DNA of 64,000 nucleotides from Candidatus Poribacteria bacterium (lineage in GTDB: Bacteria; Poribacteria; WGA-4E; PCPOR2b), in assembly GCA_965204355.1 (NCBI GenBank), contig OZ241983.1:500483-564482 (forward strand). Reading direction: 5' to 3'. Under the pieces are notes generated by a model. The model was not told the DNA's origin. It was given only the letters and a program-made list of their open reading frames with translations, and did not search any database. Position numbers and translations under genes: made by a program. Below are positions 22,416 through 31,235 of the stretch, in pieces. Each line of letters begins with the position of its first letter. Position 1 is the first letter of the stretch.

Positions 22416-23831
22416 TCAAGAATTGACCTTAAAGGCGTATAGATGAGCGTTTTGTAGATCGAACTTCAGACGTATTGTTTTCCCAATTAAAGGTGCTAGG
22501 TCGGCATGATTTGCCCATCTGGGCTGTAGTTGCAGTTCGTCCATGCCTTTGATATCTTGGCATACCGCTTTGGCGAAACCGGGAATCTGCCTGCCCACTG
22601 CGTCCAGGATCTCTACGGAAATCTGTCCTTGAGAAGTATCGGTGTTGAGCTCAAGCTGACTACCTTCCAGTTTGAATGGTTTGGTCGTGACCATGCCCGG
22701 AGTTGAGTCAGCTTCCAAAGACATGAATCTGTCCAGTCGCAAGGTCGCTAGCCCAATCGACATCCGGTTTTCTAAGTCTTTATGGCCTTTATCCATCGCT
22801 CCGTAGTACAGCCAATGGCGGTTCTTCCACGTCACAATCTGCGAGAAGGGAAATGCTCCCGCCGCATCGAAGCTGCCTTTCGGACCAGGAGGAATGAACG
22901 GTTCGCCCGCATAGACCCAACTTAAGTCCCAATGAGAAGCATCACGACTCGTACCGATATAACAATCGATTAAGCCCCCGGTCCGTAGCACGCTCATCAG
23001 GGCGAAGTGAACGCCTTGGTACATCCAGTCTGTCAGTGCGTAAATTTGCCGCCGTTTGTATTCTGAATCTCCCTCGCGGTCGAACTCCCAGCTTTGAATC
23101 AGTGTCCACCCTGTTGGATCCGCTTTCACGTCAGGATTGGTCATGGTGCGGCTGCCGCGACTTATCTTTCGGTCATCTCCCTCAGCAGGTCCGGCGTAAA
23201 TATCGCGGGTGAAGATCCTGTACACTTTCGCATCCCTGTCCCAATTCATCTGATTATGCGTGTCCGATGCGGTGACGTAATTTCGCCCTTCGATTTGGGG
23301 GTGAGGGATCGCGGTTCGGGACAATACAGTCTTTCCGTTGTTGTAGGCTGTCCACTGGATGCCGTCTGGAGAATGGGCGAGATGAACCGCCTTCTGACTT
23401 TTTTCCCAGCGACCGGCGGGGCCGTATGCCCCCTTGTACCTGTGATTCGGGTCTTTCTCATTCTGATCGATAAAACAACTGAAACCGTGTCCTCGAAAAA
23501 CAAAGTTACCCCTACCGTCCTTCCCCACGTTCGGTCGTTTCCACTGGATGCCATCTTCGGACTCGGCATATCCGATGTCGTAGTTGGGTCTGTTTGTCGC
23601 TAGATACCACATCTTGAATTTGCCATCGTCTCGCAGCACAGTTGAATAGACGCCAAAGTAGAGGGGATATTCCCGCTCATTGGGCACCATGAGCGGTTGG
23701 GCTTCCTTCGTAACTGTTCCCAGCCGACGGGCGACATTTGACCTCTCAGCAACGATGTAATCATCTACGAAAAGCTGTTTCCGCTTACCTATTCTCAGAG
23801 GTTCTTCGACCTTGGTGTTTTCAGCTGTCAT
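22416..23831 (-). CDS. putative glycoside hydrolase-like beta-propeller protein with C-terminal beta-sandwich (GH32/GH43/GH130-superfamily-like)
   Basis: 471-aa ORF. Repeated Trp/Asp-rich blades (DGIQWKRP, DGIQWTAY, HWDLSW) and a C-terminal beta-sandwich-like segment. Family assignment is tentative. Confidence 0.35.
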   Translation of the reverse strand: MTAENTKVEEPLRIGKRKQLFVDDYIVAERSNVARRLGTVTKEAQPLMVPNEREYPLYFGVYSTVLRDDGKFKMWYLATNRPNYDIGYAESEDGIQWKRPNVGKDGRGNFVFRGHGFSCFIDQNEKDPNHRYKGAYGPAGRWEKSQKAVHLAHSPDGIQWTAYNNGKTVLSRTAIPHPQIEGRNYVTASDTHNQMNWDRDAKVYRIFTRDIYAGPAEGDDRKISRGSRTMTNPDVKADPTGWTLIQSWEFDREGDSEYKRRQIYALTDWMYQGVHFALMSVLRTGGLIDCYIGTSRDASHWDLSWVYAGEPFIPPGPKGSFDAAGAFPFSQIVTWKNRHWLYYGAMDKGHKDLENRMSIGLATLRLDRFMSLEADSTPGMVTTKPFKLEGSQLELNTDTSQGQISVEILDAVGRQIPGFAKAVCQDIKGMDELQLQPRWANHADLAPLIGKTIRLKFDLQNAHLYAFKVNS

Positions 23832-24289
23832 AATCTGTACCTCTATGGTCGTGGGTTAACATCGGACGCTGCTGGTCAATCTAACGGCTCGCTAGACGAG
23901 TTCAATTCTGAGTTGTTTTCCCATTGCACGTGCTAACCGGTCTAACGATGCCAAAGTAATGAACGTGTTATCCGGATTGAGTGGGCGATCGAGCTGCACC
24001 TAATCGGGTCAAAGACTTGATTATTGTAGTCGAACAGGAAAGGCAAAGTCAAGAGTAGAAATTTGCAAGGGGTTAGGAATTAGTGGGTGTCGTTACAATT
24101 TATCAAACCAGGGTTCGATTCGCCGTTGGGAATTCATGATTAACTTCATTTTATGCTCTGAGTTATTGCTATTAAGCCCTCGTAGTTGCCAAAATTTAAT
24201 AGAGAAATCGCTGTGTCGAACTTCCTCGTCTTTCCATATCTAGTGCGCTCCCAGCGCGAGATTTGAACTTCTTAGCTGATTCTCTCTCA

Positions 24290-25258
24290 TTAAGAAATTG
24301 GGCGTCCTTCTCCCGTATCCGTTTCGCTCTTAAAGTCTGTGTACTTACAAAGATGCTGCAGGAATTTCTCTAATTCGTGTAAGTCTATGTCATACTCACA
24401 ATGGTCTTTTGGAGAAATAACAATTGTCAATTTTTCAGCAAATTTCTTTTCCGAACATGCTGCAATAAACGATTGAATAATCTCTCTAATCATTTTCTCT
24501 CTTTGCACGTTTACCCTAGCACGGCCCGTGCCTAAAACAGGTACTATAAGATTTCCGAGTTCACCTTGTTCCCCAATATGATTCCAGAGTTTACCTAGGC
24601 ACTCTACTATTTCTTCAAATGAGCCATCGGGTACGCCATGTTCATTCGTATCGGCAATTGCAATCCAATAAGCCATTTGGCCTTTGGGTTTTAACCCAAC
24701 GACAGTGCCAATCTCGTAACGCTTTTGTTTTCCTTTTCTGTTATCTTCAACCAAAGTAAAACTCTGATTTTCTAACTTTTGTTCTAATTCATAATCAAGA
24801 TGTTCTACCGCGTTATAGTACCTCTGCGTAAATTGTCCCTGTAAACTGTCTGCAGAAATCAAGCCTCCTGATATATCAGTATCGAATGTCGTATTTGTGC
24901 TTATAACAAATACCCCATCCTCAATATTAAAAATATCGTCAACTCGAATTTCTATTAACACATCGGTTTCACCTAGCTTCTCGCTTACCGGAAGCATCTT
25001 TGGTTTCTCGCTTACTAAAGGCATCTTTGCGCGTTTTCGAAGTAAGCGGGCAATACCTACAAATGCTCCAACTACAATAATCACGACAAGCATTAGGAGG
25101 TTACCACTGGACCGTTCGTCAAACGCAGTAACGAAATGAGATAGTAGTTCAATTGCTACCCAAATCGCGCTATAAAAATAGCACGCTGTGCGTATCACTA
25201 GCCTGTACTGTCGGTAATTTTTCAAGTGATTTCTAGTAAGAAAACGAGGTAATTTCAT
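24290..25258 (-). CDS. thsA: Thoeris ThsA-like effector, type II architecture (two N-terminal TM helices + C-terminal Macro-like domain)
   Basis: 322-aa ORF. Two hydrophobic helices (LVIRTACYFYSAIWVAIELLSHFV and LLMLVVIIVVGAFVGIARLL) are followed by a Macro-like domain (VFVISTNTTFDTDISGGLISADSLQG... and LIVPVLGTGRARVN, resembling macro VNAAN..GGG and PxIxTG loops). It overlaps the upstream ThsB gene by 4 bp. Confidence 0.6.
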   Translation of the reverse strand: MKLPRFLTRNHLKNYRQYRLVIRTACYFYSAIWVAIELLSHFVTAFDERSSGNLLMLVVIIVVGAFVGIARLLRKRAKMPLVSEKPKMLPVSEKLGETDVLIEIRVDDIFNIEDGVFVISTNTTFDTDISGGLISADSLQGQFTQRYYNAVEHLDYELEQKLENQSFTLVEDNRKGKQKRYEIGTVVGLKPKGQMAYWIAIADTNEHGVPDGSFEEIVECLGKLWNHIGEQGELGNLIVPVLGTGRARVNVQREKMIREIIQSFIAACSEKKFAEKLTIVISPKDHCEYDIDLHELEKFLQHLCKYTDFKSETDTGEGRPIS

Positions 25259-25758
25259 AATCCCAATTCAGTGTAAAGGGTTTGCTTGTAATAATACGGA
25301 CCAGATTTTCCTTGTTGCTTATAGTGATCGTGACTCGCTGACCAATTATCTAATGCATGCTGTACAATAGCAGCATTAAAACTGACATAGACGACCAGTT
25401 CATCACGTATTATGGGTGGACACCTGACAGAATCTTGTTGTCTGAGTCCATTCAAATTAACACCAATTATCGGGATATCTAAAGATAACGCTTGTTCCAT
25501 CTCCCACCGTACAAACCGATAAAGATATCGTGTATTTTCCCCAATTAAGACTACCATAATTTTGCTGTTTTTCAATCTTACCCGGAGCCGCTGCCTAATT
25601 GACTCTGTTAAACTTGTGTCCCGCCCAGTATTTAAATCGTGAGCATCAAAGAAGTTGAAGGAAAAGCCATCATTTTGCTTCCAAGCCTTCATCAACCAGT
25701 AATAGCGTATATCGGTGTCACCATCAAAACACACGTATGTTTTGTTTCTGTAAGGCAT
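25255..25758 (-). CDS. thsB: Thoeris ThsB, TIR-like domain protein (DUF1863/MTH538 TIR-like)
   Basis: 167-aa ORF. KTYVCFDGDTDIRYYWLMKAW...FDAHDLNTGRD...IMVVLIGENTRYLYRFVRWEMEQALSLDIPIIGVNLN aligns motif-for-motif with Bacillus cereus ThsB (FFSFHYQD...FDASLWED...VTCVLIGSQTFNRRWVRYEI...IIGIHIN). Confidence 0.8.
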   Translation of the reverse strand: MPYRNKTYVCFDGDTDIRYYWLMKAWKQNDGFSFNFFDAHDLNTGRDTSLTESIRQRLRVRLKNSKIMVVLIGENTRYLYRFVRWEMEQALSLDIPIIGVNLNGLRQQDSVRCPPIIRDELVVYVSFNAAIVQHALDNWSASHDHYKQQGKSGPYYYKQTLYTELGL

Positions 25759-25845
25759 AATATCGCCTAATTTCCTTTCTAAATTGGATGTCAGAAATCA
25801 TTTCCGCAGTATCGCATAGTAGCGGTATTGTTTCCTGATTGCACT

Positions 25846-26202
25846 TCATTTCAACTGCTTGGCAATTGGAACTATGTCTTCGTCTGGTATTTGAGAAAGT
25901 TTCATAAGATTGTAAAGATAATCACCTATTCTATGGAGGGTCATATCACTAGGTCTTACACTCCTCATTCTAGACAGAACATTTCGTTCAAAAGTAATAG
26001 TATCTGATTTAAAGTGAATATATTCCTTGCTATAAAGATCGCTGCATTCATAAAGTACTTGATAGAGATTTTCTTCAATCCTTGCATACTCACGGTAATT
26101 ATTATCGCGCAACTCGTAGGCATCTTTTAGTATACAAAGTTTTAGTATGCATAGTTGTTGGTAAGTTAGTTGCTCTGCAGCCTTTATGAGTTGGTGTGCC
26201 AT
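25846..26202 (-). CDS. hypothetical protein (defense-island resident, no recognisable domain)
   Basis: 118-aa ORF, AT-rich codon usage like the neighbouring Thoeris genes; I recognise no motif. Confidence 0.4.
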   Translation of the reverse strand: MAHQLIKAAEQLTYQQLCILKLCILKDAYELRDNNYREYARIEENLYQVLYECSDLYSKEYIHFKSDTITFERNVLSRMRSVRPSDMTLHRIGDYLYNLMKLSQIPDEDIVPIAKQLK

Positions 26203-26221
26203 GTGTGGGCTGATTGCCGGA

Positions 26222-26655
26222 TCAAAGGCAATGCTTGAAAGTAAATTCGATTTTGTTTTCTTTTGGCTCTCTTTGAGCTTTCAATAATATGCTTTCTGCA
26301 ACTTCTTCCGCATCTGATCTACCCGCTGGTTTTTCATCGAAAAAACCATCCTCACGGAGACTTTCGCCGGTTTCTTTCCGTTGGTGAATGTCCGCAGCTG
26401 CAATTGCAAGTACAGCACCCACCCGAACTTTTTCTCGTGTTCCGAGTTGCCGTTCCGCAATTTCCTGCCCAACTTTGCTTAACGCAATTTCGATCCCCTT
26501 ACCACCAATTGCGCCAATTACTGCTCCGCCTGGTCCCGCAATAAGCCCTTCGATCGCTGCACCAGTAGCGGCACCGGCACCACTACCAAGAAGTTCTGCT
26601 CCGTGGTGGAAAGTTGCTGGAGGCCATCGTTCGTTTCTATCTTTCTTTCAGATGT
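26222..26655 (-). pseudogene. possible frameshifted small glycine-zipper membrane protein gene
   Basis: An in-frame Gly/Ala/Ile-rich segment (LLGSGAGAATGAAIEGLIAGPGGAVIGAIGGKGIEIA...) lies upstream of the called GTG-start ORF and has no ATG/GTG/TTG start. An ATG-started 47-codon ORF in another frame precedes it, suggesting a frameshift. Confidence 0.25.
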
Positions 26656-26692
26656 CATAGACACTATCGGGTCTTCTTTGCCGTTCGTCGGA

Positions 26693-27304
26693 TTATTGCC
26701 CTAGAGAGGAACCTAAGCCTGAATCTCGGTCAAACTTTGATACAAGAAAATCTACATCGTCCGGAGTTAGATCTGGAAATTCCTTGATTATATCGTCTTT
26801 AGTTATATCTCGGAGTGAGGGCTGATGCTCGCGCAGTCTGCGAACGCAGTGTTTGTCCTCGTCAAGGCGGGGTTTGATTATTGCCAACGCATGTTGATAA
26901 CTGGAAAGGCATGGAGTCCAATGAGACTGGGCAAACTCTTTCTTCATGTAGTGGGCCGCAAAGTAGCAAGCAACTCCTTCTTCGAAATTATTGGCGTTTC
27001 GCCCTCCGCTCGGTGAGAGTAAATGAACTGCTTCATGCGCCATTTGATAGCACGCCCGCGACATACTTGTACCAGCTGAAAAATCAAGTTGGATCACGAT
27101 ATGACAGCGATTTCCAGGATACCATATTTGGGGGCCATCGGACGCAAACTCTATACCGAGGATGGTGTACGAGTTGTCACGCGGTCCGAATAATTCCTCA
27201 GCCATGTGAAGCATATCACCAAGTCGAGAAGCCAACGTCCATGTGTAGCCCCTCCCATTGGCTAGACGTTCTGCAATTATTAAATTCTCCCTAATACCCT
27301 GCAT
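26693..27304 (-). CDS. HExxH-motif putative zinc metallopeptidase (ImmA/IrrE-like?)
   Basis: 203-aa ORF with CYQMAHEAVHLLS (HEAVH = HExxH). It lies 3 bp downstream of the Abi-alpha-like gene. Confidence 0.4.
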   Translation of the reverse strand: MQGIRENLIIAERLANGRGYTWTLASRLGDMLHMAEELFGPRDNSYTILGIEFASDGPQIWYPGNRCHIVIQLDFSAGTSMSRACYQMAHEAVHLLSPSGGRNANNFEEGVACYFAAHYMKKEFAQSHWTPCLSSYQHALAIIKPRLDEDKHCVRRLREHQPSLRDITKDDIIKEFPDLTPDDVDFLVSKFDRDSGLGSSLGQ

Positions 27305-27307
27305 ACA

Positions 27308-28117
27308 CTACGTTCCTTCGGTTTTGAGGTTTTCGGCCGCTAGCGCGTTGGAAACTGATTTGGGAATTCCTTCAATCTCAGGGGAAAAATCGTCTGTGAG
27401 CAAGAAGTTAAGATCTTTATCGCCGTGTCCAAATGCCCATAGTAACAGTTCGGCCCCTAATGCACTAGGTGTACATATAAACCCACCGCTAGGAACACCA
27501 CTGAACAGGTCCTTGAGAGACTCTTGAGGACCAAATCTCCAATCGTTGTCTATGAGACCATCTCCATTGAGGCCATGAAAAATATGATTTAACATTTGGC
27601 GATTATCCCATTCTGGTTGTGTGAACTCCATAGCTTCCGCATAATTTTGAAGTGGCATGAATAACTGCATTTTTCTCCTATTTTCATGCAAGTTAAAGCT
27701 ATTTCCACTGTTCGAGAACAATTCTGATATGGTGGAGTAAATGAGATAGTGTGATCGCAATTGGTATGCTGACATGTTGTCGATCATCTTCGCTAATCGC
27801 GCTCCTCTATCATCTCGACCTACCTCAGTCCTTGATGATGCTAAGACTCCACCAAAATACTCTACAGCAACAGTATCCTCAGCATATGAACCCTCATTAA
27901 GTACTGTTTTGAAAACTTTGGGAGGAATTCGTCCGGGTCTATTCAATTTATCACCAAGTTTTTCTCCTGCGTTTAAAAGAATCTTATCTGCGTTCTCCTT
28001 CCGCTTTCTTTTCCATGCTAAAAGATCTTCTCCGTAGTCTTCCGCGATTGGTCCTAGTAGTTTTATTACAATATCACCAATAGTCCCTGATAGCCCTGTG
28101 CTAGAAGTTTCTGACAT
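27308..28117 (-). CDS. Abi-alpha (DUF4393)-like abortive infection candidate
   Basis: 269-aa ORF. The N-terminus IVIKLLGPIAEDYGEDLLAWKRKRKENADKILLNAGEKL resembles, from memory, the conserved N-terminal motif of Abi-alpha family proteins. Co-oriented and almost abutting the HExxH gene. Confidence 0.35.
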   Translation of the reverse strand: MSETSSTGLSGTIGDIVIKLLGPIAEDYGEDLLAWKRKRKENADKILLNAGEKLGDKLNRPGRIPPKVFKTVLNEGSYAEDTVAVEYFGGVLASSRTEVGRDDRGARLAKMIDNMSAYQLRSHYLIYSTISELFSNSGNSFNLHENRRKMQLFMPLQNYAEAMEFTQPEWDNRQMLNHIFHGLNGDGLIDNDWRFGPQESLKDLFSGVPSGGFICTPSALGAELLLWAFGHGDKDLNFLLTDDFSPEIEGIPKSVSNALAAENLKTEGT

Positions 28118-28196
28118 TTTAATATCTCCTACAAAAGTTAATAACTAAGATGAGTAAATCCGCCATTCCCGATAAGAGATTTGGGTTGTTCGGGTT

Positions 28197-29108
28197 CTAC
28201 TTCATTTCCTCATTGGCTTTTGCCAGAAAGAGAATGTTTGATGCAGTCAAGTGAAGGGCGTATGCAGCCATGTATTCCGGAACGGGGATCACTTTGGAGC
28301 CCTGCCCATGTCCCGACTGGCGATTGCGAGCAGTGGGAAGCCCAGATTCCAGTGTACTTCTGAGACTCGTAAAGTGTGACTGCATGTAATCTGGAATTAA
28401 TTTTCTATCAAATATAACCCCAATCAGACGACTGGCGGTATCTGTTTCCTTATATTTCCACCGCCTCGTTGCACAAATCGCTTTCATACAACTCTCAAAT
28501 GCCTTGAGACATTCGTTCATACATGCTTCGTAACTTTTCGCTCGATAGTGCTTGTGCGCTTTCAGAAATTCGTCATTTGCCCCTTCGTACATCGGATCTG
28601 AAAGCATCTTCAGTGCAGGCTTCATTGCTTCAGAATGGATGAACTCAGAATCAACTCGGACTATTTGACCTGATTCATACTGATACCCAACGCCACGTTC
28701 TCGGAACCAATAATTTAATTGTGCAATTGCCTCGTCGGGTGAAATGCGGCTGTAGCGTTGATCCATATATCGGAATGAAAGTTCAATGACATCAATTGCC
28801 TTTTCTGCTTCCTCTGTTTGAAGGAAAAAGTTGTGGACTGAGTCAAAATCAGAATCATGGGGGCCGCCAAGGCCTAGCGTGCCATAATGGTAGCTCAGAG
28901 TTTTGTGGATAAACTCGTATGCCACGGCAGTGTCGCTAGGATAGTAGAGTCCTCCCATGCTACTATGTTCAGTCTCCCCAAAAGCCTCCTGCCAGATGTG
29001 GATAACCTGAACTCGTAATTCTTGGGGAATCGTTTCGTATTGATATACGTCTGGAACTTCGCCTCGGAGACGCTTTTGACGCTTTGAGAAAAGATCAAAA
29101 ACTGACAT
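28197..29108 (-). CDS. HEPN-domain protein (Rx4-6H motif), AbiJ/Abi-like abortive infection candidate
   Basis: 303-aa ORF. The C-terminal region has the HEPN signature RNRQSGH (R-x5-H) in a predicted helical context, TARNRQSGHGQGSKV. Confidence 0.45.
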   Translation of the reverse strand: MSVFDLFSKRQKRLRGEVPDVYQYETIPQELRVQVIHIWQEAFGETEHSSMGGLYYPSDTAVAYEFIHKTLSYHYGTLGLGGPHDSDFDSVHNFFLQTEEAEKAIDVIELSFRYMDQRYSRISPDEAIAQLNYWFRERGVGYQYESGQIVRVDSEFIHSEAMKPALKMLSDPMYEGANDEFLKAHKHYRAKSYEACMNECLKAFESCMKAICATRRWKYKETDTASRLIGVIFDRKLIPDYMQSHFTSLRSTLESGLPTARNRQSGHGQGSKVIPVPEYMAAYALHLTASNILFLAKANEEMK

Positions 29109-29126
29109 ACTATTCTACTCCTTTTA

Positions 29127-29162
29127 ATAAAAAAGGCAGCTCCCGATTGTTAGGGGCTGCCT
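29127..29162 (-). terminator. putative Rho-independent terminator after the MTase-HNH gene
   Basis: On the minus strand, the stem GGCAGCCCC...GGGAGCTGCC is followed by a run of seven T. It sits ~20 nt upstream of the HEPN gene's SD (AAGGAG) and start. Confidence 0.5.
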
Positions 29163-29420
29163 CCTGAGTGTTGAAAAAATATTTGCCTTTTTTGCACTAT
29201 TTATGCTAAAATCCTAAAAATAGAGGGGTAGAGACCATAAAATCCTATGCCTCTCGGCAAATTGGAGCGCCCACTCCAGTTTGTTTAACTATCACAGGAA
29301 CCCGGCTTAAACGCCGGGTTTTCTGTTTCCATTCTAAAGAAAATGGTAACATTAATTTTCGTCAAACGCAAGTGCGATTGAAGGTAATGATTCCTATGTA
29401 ATGATCCTGAATACTCAAAC

Positions 29421-30845
29421 TTAATTCCTTTTTAACCTCACCCGCAGCTCAGCAACTGTGCCTGTTCCCTTCAGTGAATTGCAAGCCCCACACAACAGCC
29501 ATAAATTCTCAAAATGATCTGTCCCACCCTTACTTCGCGGAATCTTGTGGTCAATCGTCAAATTGCGAAATGGGAAGTGAATCTCGCACCCGCCACATAT
29601 CCCCTCTTGCAGCCCATACAGTGTGTGCTTATGCGTTCGGGCAGGCGGTATATCGCTCATGTCAGTGCGCTGTGGATAGTCGTCGCGGTGGACAATCTCT
29701 GGGAATAAGCCTTGATCTGCTTTGATACGTTCTACCACCAACTCGGCTGCCTTTGATGAAATATCAATCCCTACCCATCTCCGCTGCAACCGGTCTGCTG
29801 AAACCAATGTCGTGGCACAGCCACAGAAGGGATCAAACACAACATCACCGGGGCTGCTACTAGCTTTGATGATGTGCTCTAGGAGAGCAAGAGGTTTCTG
29901 TGTGGGATAGCCGGTACGTTCTTTTCTACCTGGACCTTTGACTTCAGCGATTATATCTTGCAATGCACGCCCCTGACTCGCATCTAGATATCTCTTGAGT
30001 CTTGGCATTGTTCCGTTATTGGGCCAATAAATGAGATCCGCTTCATTGAGGATATCTAGGCGGTCATGCACACTTGTTATTTGCCTGTAATTTGGGATGA
30101 AGTGTTTTTCGATATATTCGGCATAAGCGCCGGTGCGCGGCGGTCTCCAGTGATTCCCAACTGTAGTAGGATCAATGTTACGCCACGGTTGTCCGGACTC
30201 CCCTTGTCTTGGTCCTGATGCTGTGAGATCGCTAGCACTATATCGACCACGAGCATCTTTATTACGGTAGTATTTTTTGACGTACTCCGGATCATGCGCT
30301 TCATACTGTGTGTGCCATGTCGCCCCTTCACCCCTGACATAATAAAGGAGGGTGTCGTGGATGCGCCCAAATCGATTCGGATCGTTGTGAGTTGAGGTCC
30401 GCTTCCAAACAATTTCATTCCGAAAATTATCAGCGCCAAAGATACTATCCATCACCAACTTCAGGTAATGAGAGGCGGTCGGGTCGCAGTGTAGATAAAT
30501 GCTCCCCGTGTCTTTCAGGATACGCCCCATCTCCAGTAGACGGGTAGACATCATAATGAGGTAGCTTTGCATGCCTTTGCCGTGTGTTTCGCGTGCTGCT
30601 TGTATCACGGTGTGGAGGGATGGGGCTTGTTCAGCAAGTTCGCCGTGTTCAGCGATATCAATGTCGTTGAGGGTCCAAGTATCTTTGAAGGCGGCACCGG
30701 CGGCTCGGCTGCCAATGGGGGCGGCATAATTGCGGTTAGAATTAAAGGGTGGATCGAGATAAATCAGATCGACGCTATCGCTATTCATCCCCCGCATAAT
30801 GTGCAAGTTATCACCGATGAAGATGGTTTTGTCTTTCCAGTTCAT
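29421..30845 (-). CDS. DNA amino-methyltransferase (beta-class, N6-A or N4-C) fused to C-terminal HNH endonuclease domain
   Basis: 474-aa ORF. Motif IV DPPF (DLIYLDPPFNSN) precedes motif I (VFDPFCGCATT) and TGYPTQKP. The C-terminal HNH has CGGCEIH...IDHKIP...HFENLWLLCGACNSLKG. Confidence 0.7.
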   Translation of the reverse strand: MNWKDKTIFIGDNLHIMRGMNSDSVDLIYLDPPFNSNRNYAAPIGSRAAGAAFKDTWTLNDIDIAEHGELAEQAPSLHTVIQAARETHGKGMQSYLIMMSTRLLEMGRILKDTGSIYLHCDPTASHYLKLVMDSIFGADNFRNEIVWKRTSTHNDPNRFGRIHDTLLYYVRGEGATWHTQYEAHDPEYVKKYYRNKDARGRYSASDLTASGPRQGESGQPWRNIDPTTVGNHWRPPRTGAYAEYIEKHFIPNYRQITSVHDRLDILNEADLIYWPNNGTMPRLKRYLDASQGRALQDIIAEVKGPGRKERTGYPTQKPLALLEHIIKASSSPGDVVFDPFCGCATTLVSADRLQRRWVGIDISSKAAELVVERIKADQGLFPEIVHRDDYPQRTDMSDIPPARTHKHTLYGLQEGICGGCEIHFPFRNLTIDHKIPRSKGGTDHFENLWLLCGACNSLKGTGTVAELRVRLKRN

Positions 30846-31159
30846 TCGTGTTAGAAAACTACCTTGTTATGAATTCTGGGATTGCCGTTTCATTCTCTTG
30901 GGAGTGGGAAGTATCACCAGGCGGTGATGTCATATCCCCCCACGAAAAGGATAGTAATGTATACCCTATACAGAAAGCCCTGTCAACTCATAATTCTAGC
31001 TGACAGCGCTCTTATTTGAATCTCACCATCTTTATTTCGTTGACTTTTTTTTTACGGCTCATGTATGATTGAGAAATTATGGTGAACTTTAGAATTACTT
31101 GAGGGGTGTGCATAAATCACTTTCGTATGGGAGAGCAATCTGCGATTCAGACAGATGGC

Positions 31160-31235
31160 ACATGTCGCCCCGCTGGGGCTTTGGGGGATGGGGCTATCCG
31201 TATGCTATAAACATGTCGCCCCGCTGGGGCTAAAT
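31160..31235. repeat. REP-like bipartite palindromic element, family B (copy 1)
   Basis: ACATGTCGCCCCGCTGGGGCTT-(28 nt)-CTATAAACATGTCGCCCCGCTGGGGCTAAAT. Each half holds the hairpin GCCCC-GCT-GGGGC. Related copies at 46610 and 51126. Confidence 0.75.

Noticed and set aside
24090-24135. tRNA-like T-arm motif GGGTTCGATTC in the AT-rich spacer at the left edge of the defense island (possible tRNA or att remnant)
   Set aside because: The flanking bases cannot form a T-stem (CAGGG versus CGCCG) and no acceptor, D or anticodon arms can be drawn. It is most likely a chance match, or at best a very short degenerate att fragment.
24238-24300. second T-loop-like TTCAAAT motif on the minus strand just upstream of thsA
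   Set aside because: No complementary stems (AGAAG versus CTCGC). It is not a tRNA.
26388-26660. 90-aa plus-strand Ala/Pro-rich ORF
   Set aside because: It is a mirror image of the minus-strand glycine-rich frame. The low-complexity translation is very unlikely to be real.
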